A stretch of 64,000 nt of DNA from Nitrospirota bacterium. GTDB lineage: Bacteria; Nitrospirota; UBA9217. Shown here in pieces: positions 48,700 through 59,323 of this stretch. Within the stretch, counting starts at the first letter, position 1; every line of letters starts with the position of its first letter. The stretch is taken from NCBI GenBank assembly GCA_963663225.1, contig OY760142.1:1984001-2048000 (forward strand), written 5' to 3'. The notes beneath the pieces were generated by a model. It saw only the letters and a program-made list of their open reading frames with translations, made no database searches and was not told the DNA's origin. The position numbers were made by a program, and so were the translations under genes.

Positions 48700-50291
48700 T
48701 GGCCAGGATTACTGTTGATCCACTTACCAGAATTGAGGGACACCTGAAGGTTGATGTCGAAATCGAAGGTGGAAAAGTAAAAGACGCATGGATGTCCGGC
48801 ACAATGTTCCGAGGTTTTGAAATTATCCTGCAGGGCAGAGATCCCCGAGACGCCTGGCATATTGTTCAACGCATCTGCGGTGTCTGTCCGACCTCTCACG
48901 GGCATGCCTCTACCATGAGCATGGACGATGCCTTCAAGGTAAAACCGCCTGACAATGGACGGATTATCAGAAATATCGTTGAAGGCGCCCAGTTTGTGCA
49001 CTCGCACATTCTGTGGTTCTATCATCTGAATGCCCTTGATTATGTTGACATTGTATCGGCACTCAAGGCGCAGCCCCGCGAAGCTTCGCTTAAAAAAGTG
49101 CAGAAGAAACTGAAGGCATATGTTGACTCAGGTCAGTTGGGGCCCTTTGCAAACGCATATTGGGGACATCCCGCATACAAACTGCCGCCTGATCTCAACC
49201 TGCTTGCAGTTGCACACTATCTCGAAGGGCTTGAAATGCAGGCAAAGGCCGCGCAGGTCAGCGCTCTGTTCGGCGGGAGAATGCCTATGACCATGACGAG
49301 CCCTCCGGGCGGCTCCAATCATGTGCCGAGCGTTGACGACCTGAAGAACTACCTGTTCCGCGTGAAAGAGCTTCAGGACTGGATTGACAATACGTTTATC
49401 CCCGATGTGCTCGCAATTGCACCGTATTATCTGGATCATGCGGCAATTGGAAAAGGACCTGCCAACTTCCTGTCATGGGGCGTTTTCGAAGATGCATCTT
49501 TTGATCCTAAGAAACGACTCTTCCCCAGAGGTGTGCTGCTTGCCAAGGACTTCCCGAAAATTCATGAGGCAAAGCCGGAGGATGTTACCGAGCACGTGAC
49601 CCGCGGATGGTATAAGAACGGCAAGCCGTTGAACCCCAGCGTCGGCGCGACCGAACCGGAGTTCACGGGATATGATGCAAACAAAAAATACAGCTGGTCC
49701 AAGGCGCCACGCCTAAACAATAGACCCATGGAGGCAGGAGCCCTTGCGCGCATCCTTGTAGCATATGCTGGCGGCAACCACACGGTGAAGAAGACCGTTG
49801 ACGATGTACTGGCAAAACTCGGACAAGCCGGAAAACCGCAGGTTCTGATGAGCGTTCTCGGGAGAATTGCAACGAGGGCCCTGGAAGCAAAGATCGTAGC
49901 GGACAATATGTACCAGTGGGGCATCGATATGATTGAAAATATATCGAAAGGAAATACCGCAGTGTACAATGACTACAAAATTCCTGATAAGGCACGGGGA
50001 GTCGGCCTTTGGGAAGCACCGCGCGGCGCCCTCGGGCACTGGATTGATATCGAAGGAAAGAAAATAAAAAATTATCAGGCAGTGGTTCCGTCGACATGGT
50101 ACTGCTCTCCCCGTGATGATAATGGGGTACGCGGCCCGGTCGAGGAAGCTCTTGTGGGCACCAGGGTTGCAAACCCCGAGAAGCCGCTCGAGATTCTCCG
50201 GGTGGTCCACTCGTTCGATCCTTGTCTTGCCTGCACCGTGCATGTGATCCATCCCGAGTCGAACCGGATCATGGCCTTTAAGGTCAGCTAA
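48699..50291 (+). CDS. hyaB: Group 1 [NiFe]-hydrogenase large subunit
   Basis: DPLTRIEGHL, RGFE, L1 motif QRICGVCPTSH, EAPRGALGHW, L2 motif SFDPCLACTVH and a cleavable tail. Confidence 0.96.
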   Translation: MARITVDPLTRIEGHLKVDVEIEGGKVKDAWMSGTMFRGFEIILQGRDPRDAWHIVQRICGVCPTSHGHASTMSMDDAFKVKPPDNGRIIRNIVEGAQFVHSHILWFYHLNALDYVDIVSALKAQPREASLKKVQKKLKAYVDSGQLGPFANAYWGHPAYKLPPDLNLLAVAHYLEGLEMQAKAAQVSALFGGRMPMTMTSPPGGSNHVPSVDDLKNYLFRVKELQDWIDNTFIPDVLAIAPYYLDHAAIGKGPANFLSWGVFEDASFDPKKRLFPRGVLLAKDFPKIHEAKPEDVTEHVTRGWYKNGKPLNPSVGATEPEFTGYDANKKYSWSKAPRLNNRPMEAGALARILVAYAGGNHTVKKTVDDVLAKLGQAGKPQVLMSVLGRIATRALEAKIVADNMYQWGIDMIENISKGNTAVYNDYKIPDKARGVGLWEAPRGALGHWIDIEGKKIKNYQAVVPSTWYCSPRDDNGVRGPVEEALVGTRVANPEKPLEILRVVHSFDPCLACTVHVIHPESNRIMAFKVS

Positions 50292-50302
50292 AGGGGGACG
50301 AT

Positions 50303-50944
50303 ATGGAAAAAAACATGATCAAGGAATGGAATCGCGCATATATCATTGACCACTGGGTCAGGGTCGTCGCCATGGTGGTGCTTATTTTCACCGGTTTGTA
50401 CATCCAATGGCCGTTTATATCCGGTGGACCGGACAGTTTCATTATGGCCTGGATGCGGTTTTTCCACTTTGTTGCAGCCTATGCTTTTGTTCTGGGTCTT
50501 GTGGTTAGGGTGTATCTGGCATTTCGTTCCACGTTTGATGCGGACTGGAAGGATTTCAATGTCATTCAGGCCATCAAAAATATTCCAGACATAGCCGGAT
50601 ACTATCTGTTCATCAAGGGATCACACAAAGACTACAGAAAATACAATCCCTTGCAGGCGCTCTCGTACCTTTTTACGGGCGCGATGATAATCTTTTCCGC
50701 ACTGACCGGGTTTGCCATTTACCATGGCAATGTATTCGGGATCATTCCGGCAGAGACCGGATTCCGGTGGGTCATAACGCTTCTCGGCGGCGAGTCCTAC
50801 ACGAGGATGTGGCACATTATTACGATGTGGTACTTTATCATCTTCATGGTGATCCACGTCTACATGAGTATTATGATCAACTTTGTGAATAAAGATGGAA
50901 CATTCATGTCGATCTTCACTGGGTATAAACTGAAAAAACATTAA
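50303..50944 (+). CDS. hyaC: Ni/Fe-hydrogenase b-type cytochrome subunit
   Basis: HW...TGLYI, RFFHF, KYNPLQ and RMWH...IHVY (four heme histidines). Confidence 0.92.
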   Translation: MEKNMIKEWNRAYIIDHWVRVVAMVVLIFTGLYIQWPFISGGPDSFIMAWMRFFHFVAAYAFVLGLVVRVYLAFRSTFDADWKDFNVIQAIKNIPDIAGYYLFIKGSHKDYRKYNPLQALSYLFTGAMIIFSALTGFAIYHGNVFGIIPAETGFRWVITLLGGESYTRMWHIITMWYFIIFMVIHVYMSIMINFVNKDGTFMSIFTGYKLKKH

Positions 50945-50987
50945 TACACTATGGACTCTGATGAACAATGAACAGATGCGGGGAGGC

Positions 50988-51464
50988 ATGAACATGCCTC
51001 CCCGAAATATTTTGATTCTCGGTGTCGGCAACCTGTTGCTTACCGACGATGGCTTCGGTGTTCACGTTGTCAATGCCCTCAAAAGTCACACCTTTCCCGA
51101 TACGGTAAAACTGCTTGATGCGGGCGTAGTCAGCCACCAGTTGATTCCCGTACTTCATGAAACCGATCTCCTGATTGTCGTGGACGCTGTTGAAGCCGGC
51201 GATATCCCCGGTTCGCTGTTCAAATTTTCGCCGGATGACCTGCAGTTCAAGTCGGGCCAGATGTCTTCTCTGCACCAGCTTAGTCTGACTGATGTTCTGC
51301 AGATGACAGAACTCACGGGGAAAAGGCCGGAAACGATTATTATTGCGGTTCAGCCTAAAAGCGTTTCCACCTGGTCGCTGGAATTAAGCGATGAGGTAAA
51401 GGCAGCCGTCCCAAAGGCCATAGAACTCGTGTTAAATGAGCTAAAGAAAGCCGGAATCTCGTGA
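50988..51464 (+). CDS. hyaD: Hydrogenase maturation protease
   Basis: ILILGVGNLLLTDDGFGV, LDAG, VVDAV, SLHQ and VQP. GGAGG SD before ATG 50988. Confidence 0.93.
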   Translation: MNMPPRNILILGVGNLLLTDDGFGVHVVNALKSHTFPDTVKLLDAGVVSHQLIPVLHETDLLIVVDAVEAGDIPGSLFKFSPDDLQFKSGQMSSLHQLSLTDVLQMTELTGKRPETIIIAVQPKSVSTWSLELSDEVKAAVPKAIELVLNELKKAGIS

Positions 51465-51580
51465 AACATGTAGGATCATTCTCTCAGTTTTTTTCCTCGC
51501 TGACGATCTCACCGAAGCACAAATTCTGCAATCAATAATTATTTTCTGATATAGTTCAGGCATTGGATCAAGGAAAGCGC

Positions 51581-52207
51581 ATGACATTTCAGACATGGAC
51601 GGCTTTTGCAGTTGCAGCAGGCATAATACTGATAGTGCCCGGTCCAACGGTCATTGCGGTAATCAGTCATGCCCTGACACAGGGACGCAAGGCAGTCGTA
51701 CCGCTCATGATTGGTGTAGTTCTCGGTGATTTTACTGCTCTGACGCTCTCTTTGCTCGGGCTCGGCGCTGTTTTTGCGGCCTCAGCAAGACTTTATTTCG
51801 GTATAAAACTACTGGGGGCCATATATTTAATATTCCTCGGCTACAGACTTTGGCGTATCAATCCTGAGAATAGGGGAGCAAGTGCTTCAATGAATATGGT
51901 TTCCAGAAAGAATCTGGTTGGCGCCTTGTTTACTGTAACGGCACTGAACCCGAAAAGCATCGTCTTTTTTATGGCTTTTCTCCCGCAGTTTATAACCCCT
52001 GCGTCAGACGTGTCTCTCCAAATTGTAATATTGGGAGGAACATTTTTAACGCTTGCAGCACTGAATGCGGCGCTGTATGCATCTTTTTCCGGATATCTGC
52101 GGGGAAAAATTCAAAATAAAGAAATATATCGATGGCTTAATCGTTGCGGAAAGGCGGTGCTGATTGCAGCGGGAATTCTTGCAGGAGAAATACATCGCTC
52201 GATATAA
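51581..52207 (+). CDS. LysE/RhtB-family exporter
   Basis: PGPTV, G..YL..LG..LW and LNPKSIVFFMAFLPQFI. Confidence 0.92.
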   Translation: MTFQTWTAFAVAAGIILIVPGPTVIAVISHALTQGRKAVVPLMIGVVLGDFTALTLSLLGLGAVFAASARLYFGIKLLGAIYLIFLGYRLWRINPENRGASASMNMVSRKNLVGALFTVTALNPKSIVFFMAFLPQFITPASDVSLQIVILGGTFLTLAALNAALYASFSGYLRGKIQNKEIYRWLNRCGKAVLIAAGILAGEIHRSI

Positions 52208-52307
52208 ATGCCAACCCGACAGAGAAAAAACGACAGAGGTATGCGAAGAAACGTAACAGAGCCGATAAAAGGTGTTTTTCTGGGGAATATGGTTGAGGAT
52301 GTTTAGT

Positions 52308-53789
52308 TTATTTGCCGGCGGCTTTGATGGCCAGTTTGATTTTTTCAGACTTTGGGTCACGTTTTAAGGCATTTTGATACACTACCAATGCTTTCGGTTT
52401 AAGCCCGTCCTTCATGTAAAAGTTTCCCAACTCCAGGTAGTAATCAATATGGGATGGCGCCAGTTTAATGGCTTTGACGAAAAATTCTTCAGCTTCGTGG
52501 CGTCTGCGCGGCATGTGTGCAAGAGAGAGGGCCTGGTAATAAAGATATTCAGCTTTTGACGGATCAAGACGCACTGCCCCCCGGAACGCCTCTTCAGCTC
52601 CCCAAAAATTCTGCACCCGAAACTGCTTCATCCCCTCGGCAAACTGGGCGATGGCGGCAGTTTTGTTGATTTCCTCCAAGTCCATCGGCTGTCTGGTTTC
52701 CTGACCATACTTTTTGATTCCACTGGCAAGATCAAGATTGTACTGGTCGCGTTTTTCCTTGATCCGGAGTATGTGGTATGCTTCATTAATGCTTTCAAAC
52801 AGCGTTTTCATTTTCTGCTGTATGTCTGCATACTGAGGATCGGTGTATCGATCAGGGTGGTAAAGCTTGGACAGGGTATAATACGCTTTTCTGATTTCCT
52901 GTGGTGTCGCACTGTGCCCCACCCCGAGCACTTCGTAGTAATTTTGAATATCAAGGCTGTCATATGCGTTCTGGAGCAGCTCTTTGTTGACCGTTGTTTC
53001 CGTTACGACAACATCAGGTGCTGTATCATCAGAAGATCGCTGCTCGTCACGAAACAGAAATTCTCTCTCGTCCTGATCTTTTACTGCGCCCTTCTCCGCC
53101 AGTTTGAGGGCAAGAAGTATGTATAATGCGCTGAGCGTTTTCAAATCGCCGAGGTTGGATGCATTGCAAAGATCCTGGATGCTGGATTTTCCGTCAATGA
53201 GCGAAAGGATTGTGCGCTCTGTGGGATCGAGATCAGAAGCCTGAAAAGAGGGGGAAGGGTCAGAGGCTTTTCTGATAATGGTGTTCATCGAAGGAAGTGA
53301 AGCGCGAATATTCTGCCAATCGAGGCTGCGGATTCCTTCCAAGATAAGCTCTGCGGTGTTCATTTGGAAAGGGACAATTTCGGCGCCGGCCAGGACACCA
53401 TCCTCATAGCGGTACCGGCCCTCCCGCCAGGAAAAAAGATTCAGGATGTTCCGTTTTGCCTGCAACTTTGTTTGGGCAACCAGTTCCTGGGGGGTAAGAA
53501 TTCCCATTTCAAACAGGATGGAGCCGATCTTCTTCCCATTTTTTGCCTTTGTTTTTGAAGCCTTGTCAAGGTGGTCCTTGGTTATCTTTCCTGAGCTCAA
53601 CAGGTATTCTGCCACTGAATCATCGTCAGTATTAGATGAAACGAATATTATTTCGCCCTGTCTGAAAAAAATTTTGACTACTCGTGTCTCATGCTCAAAA
53701 AAGACGGTCCCTGTCTTCCGGCCTTTCCGGAGTTCCAGAATAAGCCAGGGCAGGGTCATGTATTGTATGTCACCAGTGGACGAAAGCAT
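52308..53789 (-). CDS. DUF4388 - DnaJ - TPR multidomain protein
   Basis: RKTG.V...KIFFRQGEII (DUF4388), J-domain NYYEVLGV...KLYHPD and C-terminal TPR repeats. Confidence 0.85.
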   Translation of the reverse strand: MLSSTGDIQYMTLPWLILELRKGRKTGTVFFEHETRVVKIFFRQGEIIFVSSNTDDDSVAEYLLSSGKITKDHLDKASKTKAKNGKKIGSILFEMGILTPQELVAQTKLQAKRNILNLFSWREGRYRYEDGVLAGAEIVPFQMNTAELILEGIRSLDWQNIRASLPSMNTIIRKASDPSPSFQASDLDPTERTILSLIDGKSSIQDLCNASNLGDLKTLSALYILLALKLAEKGAVKDQDEREFLFRDEQRSSDDTAPDVVVTETTVNKELLQNAYDSLDIQNYYEVLGVGHSATPQEIRKAYYTLSKLYHPDRYTDPQYADIQQKMKTLFESINEAYHILRIKEKRDQYNLDLASGIKKYGQETRQPMDLEEINKTAAIAQFAEGMKQFRVQNFWGAEEAFRGAVRLDPSKAEYLYYQALSLAHMPRRRHEAEEFFVKAIKLAPSHIDYYLELGNFYMKDGLKPKALVVYQNALKRDPKSEKIKLAIKAAGK

Positions 53790-53897
53790 AAGGCACCTAG
53801 TTGGAAAAATAATATAGCATTTTTTGGCAGTTTATGCACGTTTTTTTGATCTGGGACCATAATGTGCGATGATAGTGCACATCTCGACAGAAAACAG

Positions 53898-53926
53898 TTG
53901 ACATCTTCTATGAATTTATTTATAGT
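53898..53926 (+). promoter_or_regulatory. Sigma70 promoter upstream of the PilZ gene
   Basis: TTGACA-N17-TATAGT. Confidence 0.75.
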
Positions 53927-54099
53927 TTAAGCCTAAGACTTTATGATGAGGTCATGCAAGAGACAGTGCGATGTTTGTCATTTTAAAACCCGGGAAGAAA
54001 TCTATGAGCATGACGGAGCAGGATGAGGTGTACAATATAAATACATACGATAAGAATTAACGGAGATACACACTACTTAATTTAAAGAGGGATACCGGT

Positions 54100-54435
54100 A
54101 TGGCTCTTTATGGAATTAATAAGAGAAACGGCGGACGAGCAAAAAGGGAGCTTGCCGCAGGGGTGAAAACAGGCAATGACCTCAAGCAGGTCTACACGAT
54201 TGATTTTTCCCAGGGCGGTGTAAAGATCGGAGGCGCAAAGCTTCAGCTTCCGCTGGGTGCCCCCGTGGAACTTTTTTTGGAAAAAAAGGGTGAAAAAATC
54301 CCTTTTCTAGGGCGCATCGCGAGAAATGACGGAATATATCACATCAACCGCATCGGACGCGATGCAAATGCTTTTTTTGTCAAAATTACGGATGAACGTT
54401 TTTCTGCATTTGTTAAAGAAGCCTACCAAGTGTGA
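54100..54435 (+). CDS. Single-domain PilZ protein
   Basis: KRNGGR (RxxxR) and DFSQGG (DxSxxG) c-di-GMP-binding motifs. Confidence 0.82.
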   Translation: MALYGINKRNGGRAKRELAAGVKTGNDLKQVYTIDFSQGGVKIGGAKLQLPLGAPVELFLEKKGEKIPFLGRIARNDGIYHINRIGRDANAFFVKITDERFSAFVKEAYQV

Positions 54436-54553
54436 CACTCCTGCTGCAAAAACATTCTTCTCGCCAATAAATAGTGATCCCTTCCCAATACAGGATGTTT
54501 TCAACGTGGCAGGCCAAACGACATGATTATTGTTCAGAGGCCGCTTGGAGGAT

Positions 54554-55939
54554 CTATTTCTGCAAGCCGAGTTTTTTCCTGAGGGTCAAACGATTAATGC
54601 CGAGCAGACGTGCTGCTTCAGACTGATTCTCCCTCGTATATGACAAAACATACTCAAAGAGAAGCGTATCCAATTCATGATGGATTTTTTCATAGATATT
54701 CCGCTCTTTTTTGTCGAGTGCTTCTTTTAACGAGCTGATAAACGATTCTGGAATGATACCGGAGAAATCCGGTTGCTGTTTTGGAATGACATAGGCCCCC
54801 AGATCCCTGATTTCGTGGGTCGTGAGAAAATCAGTTTTGCACAGTGCAATGGCGGATCGGATTGTATTTTCCAATTCGCGGATATTTCCCGGCCAGTCAT
54901 AGTCGAGCAGTTTTCTTAGGAATGTTCTGGTGACCCCCTTGATCGGTTTTTGTGCTGTGTGGGAGTGCCGGTAAAAAAGACACTGAACCAGCGAGGCAAT
55001 GTCTTTTTTCCGGTCCCGGAGTGGTGGGACGTGGATCGAGGCAACACGCAAACGATGATAGAGGTCTTCGCGGAATTTTCCCTCCCGTACCATGGCGGTC
55101 AGATTCCTGTTGGTAGCGGAAATCACGCGCACATTCACGTGGACTTCCCGTGTGCTTCCCACCGGATAAAAAGTCTGGGTCTGGAGAAAGCGGAGCAATT
55201 TCCCCTGCAGCGACAGCGGCAGCTCTCCGACTTCATCGAAGAATACACATCCTGCGTCTGCGGTTTTCAACATGCCTTCTTTTGTTGCAACTGCACCGGT
55301 GAATGCACCCTTTTCATGGCCGAACAATTCCGACTCAAGCAGAGTGTCGGGCACGGCGGCTGCATTAATTACAACGAACGGCTTGCCGAACCGGGAGGAA
55401 AGCTGGGCAATGGCTTCAGCCACAAGTTCCTTGCCGGTGCCGGTTTCTCCGGTGATCAGTACGGGGACCTCTACCTGCGCAACGCGGGCGACTTTCTCGC
55501 AAAGACTCATTACCAGTGATGATTGGCCGACGATTACGCACGTGGCTGCAGGAGCAAGGGTGTCCTTCGCGATTGTTATTGGGTTTTCCAGTTCTTTTTT
55601 CAGCTCGGACAATTGTTCCAGAAGTTCGGCTATGCGTTCTTTTTTAAACGGCAGCTGCAAAATCTCATAGGCACCCCATGTGGCGGCTTCCATGACTGGG
55701 GTGGTTTTTTCCTGGGCTGTTGTAGCAATAACGAATAGTTTGTTTGCATACTCCTTGATATGGTGTGCCCCGATGGTATCCAGGTCAAAAAAAATGCACG
55801 ATATATCAGGGGTCAATGAGATGTTTGATTGTTGTGACCGCGCGAGCTTGTAACCTTTCGGAAGAACATCAGACAGTTTTCTCGCAAAATTTTCAGTGTC
55901 TTCGCTTACAGCCAGAATTTTTTGCATGCGGTTTTCCAC
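54554..55939 (-). CDS. Sigma54-dependent enhancer-binding protein with a degenerate receiver domain
   Basis: GETGTGKE, ESELFGHEKGAFTGA, FREDLYHRL, WPGNIREL and a Fis-type HTH. Confidence 0.94.
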   Translation of the reverse strand: MENRMQKILAVSEDTENFARKLSDVLPKGYKLARSQQSNISLTPDISCIFFDLDTIGAHHIKEYANKLFVIATTAQEKTTPVMEAATWGAYEILQLPFKKERIAELLEQLSELKKELENPITIAKDTLAPAATCVIVGQSSLVMSLCEKVARVAQVEVPVLITGETGTGKELVAEAIAQLSSRFGKPFVVINAAAVPDTLLESELFGHEKGAFTGAVATKEGMLKTADAGCVFFDEVGELPLSLQGKLLRFLQTQTFYPVGSTREVHVNVRVISATNRNLTAMVREGKFREDLYHRLRVASIHVPPLRDRKKDIASLVQCLFYRHSHTAQKPIKGVTRTFLRKLLDYDWPGNIRELENTIRSAIALCKTDFLTTHEIRDLGAYVIPKQQPDFSGIIPESFISSLKEALDKKERNIYEKIHHELDTLLFEYVLSYTRENQSEAARLLGINRLTLRKKLGLQK

Positions 55940-56036
55940 CTCCCTCGTCTATATAAAAAATATACAATATATATAAAAAATAATCAACTGCTTCTCGTGT
56001 GGTTCGTCTTTGTCCTTTTTTTTCGAGTAGTTCTGC

Positions 56037-56052
56037 TGGCATGCGTGTTGCT
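56037..56052 (+). promoter_or_regulatory. Sigma54 -24/-12 promoter of the metY operon
   Basis: TGGCAT-GCGTG-TTGCT with exact GG-N10-GC spacing. An enhancer-binding protein gene is divergently adjacent. Confidence 0.82.
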
Positions 56053-56076
56053 ATATTTGGGTAAAGCGTTCGATGA

Positions 56077-57423
<1,347 letters not shown>

Positions 57424-57426
57424 GCT

Positions 57427-59181
57427 ATGAACCTTGAACAATCGCAGGCTGTTGTCCTTCAAGAAAAACAGGATATCATGGAATCCGGGACTCAGTTCAT
57501 TACCTTTTCATCCTTGAAACTTGAGAATGGAGAAGAACTGTCTCCAATAACTCTTGCGTATGAAACATATGGAAACTTGAATCAACGCAGGGACAATGCG
57601 ATTCTCATTTGCCACGCCCTGACGGGAGATGCGCATGCTGCCGGTATAAGCAAAGAAACGGGAAAAAACGGCTGGTGGGACGACATGATCGGTCCGGGGA
57701 AAGCCTTCGATACGAACAGGTATTTCGTTATCTGTTCGAATGTGATCGGCGGATGCAAAGGGTCCACCGGACCATCATCGGTGAATCCACTCACCGCAAA
57801 GCCGTATGGGTTGGATTTTCCCGTTATCACGATCGGAGACATGGTTAATGCGCAAGTGAAGCTTGTGGATCATCTCGGCATCGGCAAGCTCCTGTGCGTG
57901 GCAGGTGGTTCCATGGGCGGAATGCAGGTTCTGGAATGGATGGTCTCCCATCACGAACGGGTTCGGAGTGCAATTCCGATATCAACTGCCGCACGGCATT
58001 CACCTCAGCAAATTGCCTTCAATGAAGTGGGCAGGCAGTCCATTATGGCTGACATAAACTGGAAAGATGGAAATTATTACGACGCTACTGCGCCGGGCAG
58101 GGGCTTGTCCGTGGCCCGGATGCTCGGACATATCACGTATATGAGCGATCTCTCCATGCAGGAGAAATTCGGCAGACGATTCCGGGAGAATCGAGAGTCG
58201 TTCAAATTTACAGCAGATTTCGAGGTAGAGGGATATCTGCACTATCGGGGACACAGCTTTATCGAGCAATTTGATGCCAACACCTATCTGTTCATTACGA
58301 AGGCCATGGACCGTTTCGACGTTGCACGCGGTAAAAGACTTCCCGATGCATTTGCGCGTGTAAAGGCAAAAGTGCTGGTGATTTCCTTTAAATCGGACTG
58401 GCTGTATCCCTGCTATCAGTCCGAAGCTCTTGTGAAAGCGTGCAAGGCGGCCGGCGTGGATGCCACATTCTGTGTTGTTGATTCCAACTACGGGCATGAT
58501 GCTTTTTTGATAGAGACGGAAGAAGAAACGCATCTTATCAAACATTACCTGGAAGGCGTCAACCGGGAAAACGGTATTGTAGTTTTCGATGTCGACGAAC
58601 CGGTATCCTTGAACCATCAGATAATCCTCGATCTGGTTCGCCCGGGGTCTTCGGTCCTGGACCTCGGGTGCGGTGACGGCGCGTTGCTTTCTCTTCTGGT
58701 TCAGGAAAAGAATGCGAAGGCCCAGGGCATCGAGAAAGACAGCAAGGCGATATACAAATGCGTGGCGAGAGGATTGAGCGTTTTTCACGGCGATCTTGAT
58801 GTCGGTTTGGTCGAGTATGGTGACAAAACGTTCGACTACATTATCCTGAACGAAAGCCTGCAGCAGGTCGCTTACCCTGATCGGGTTCTTACCGAAGCGC
58901 TGCGGGTCGGCAAGGAAGTAATCATCGGTTTTCCGAATTTTGCCCATATAGCGTCGAGATCGCATATATTTTTCAAAGGGAGATCGCCGGTCACCCTGTC
59001 GCTGCCGTACGAATGGCATGAAACCCCGAATCTGCACTTCCTAAGCATTTCGGACTTTATCGCATACTGTAGAAGGAGGAACATAAAAATTACCACGTCT
59101 GCCTTTATCAGCAAAAACAGGACGATACGATGGTTACCGAATTTGTTCGCACAAACAGGACTGTTTGTTATTACGATCTGA
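57427..59181 (+). CDS. metX: Homoserine O-acetyltransferase MetX fused to a MetW methyltransferase-like domain
   Basis: CHALTGD, GGCKGSTGP, GGSMGGM and GHDAFL, then in the same frame VLDLGCGDG, FPNFAH and LPYEWHETPNLH (MetW). Confidence 0.93.
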   Translation: MNLEQSQAVVLQEKQDIMESGTQFITFSSLKLENGEELSPITLAYETYGNLNQRRDNAILICHALTGDAHAAGISKETGKNGWWDDMIGPGKAFDTNRYFVICSNVIGGCKGSTGPSSVNPLTAKPYGLDFPVITIGDMVNAQVKLVDHLGIGKLLCVAGGSMGGMQVLEWMVSHHERVRSAIPISTAARHSPQQIAFNEVGRQSIMADINWKDGNYYDATAPGRGLSVARMLGHITYMSDLSMQEKFGRRFRENRESFKFTADFEVEGYLHYRGHSFIEQFDANTYLFITKAMDRFDVARGKRLPDAFARVKAKVLVISFKSDWLYPCYQSEALVKACKAAGVDATFCVVDSNYGHDAFLIETEEETHLIKHYLEGVNRENGIVVFDVDEPVSLNHQIILDLVRPGSSVLDLGCGDGALLSLLVQEKNAKAQGIEKDSKAIYKCVARGLSVFHGDLDVGLVEYGDKTFDYIILNESLQQVAYPDRVLTEALRVGKEVIIGFPNFAHIASRSHIFFKGRSPVTLSLPYEWHETPNLHFLSISDFIAYCRRRNIKITTSAFISKNRTIRWLPNLFAQTGLFVITI

Positions 59182-59323
59182 TGCGGAGGATTTTGAAGAT
59201 AATGCTGTTTTCTTCTCCGGGAGAACCAGTGCGGCACCGGAAAACCCTTCTGGAAAAATAAAAATACATACGGTATAATATTTTTTTACATCAGGTATTT
59301 ACTTTTTCAGGAGGAATGAATTC

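Noticed and set aside
50215-50241. [NiFeSe]-hydrogenase
   Set aside because: The L2 motif is DPCLAC with a TGT codon, not TGA.
53943-54026. 27-aa ORF with CDVCH (heme-like motif) ending in TGA
   Set aside because: It is too short, has no signal peptide or SD, and has no convincing SECIS. It is probably chance within the PilZ leader.
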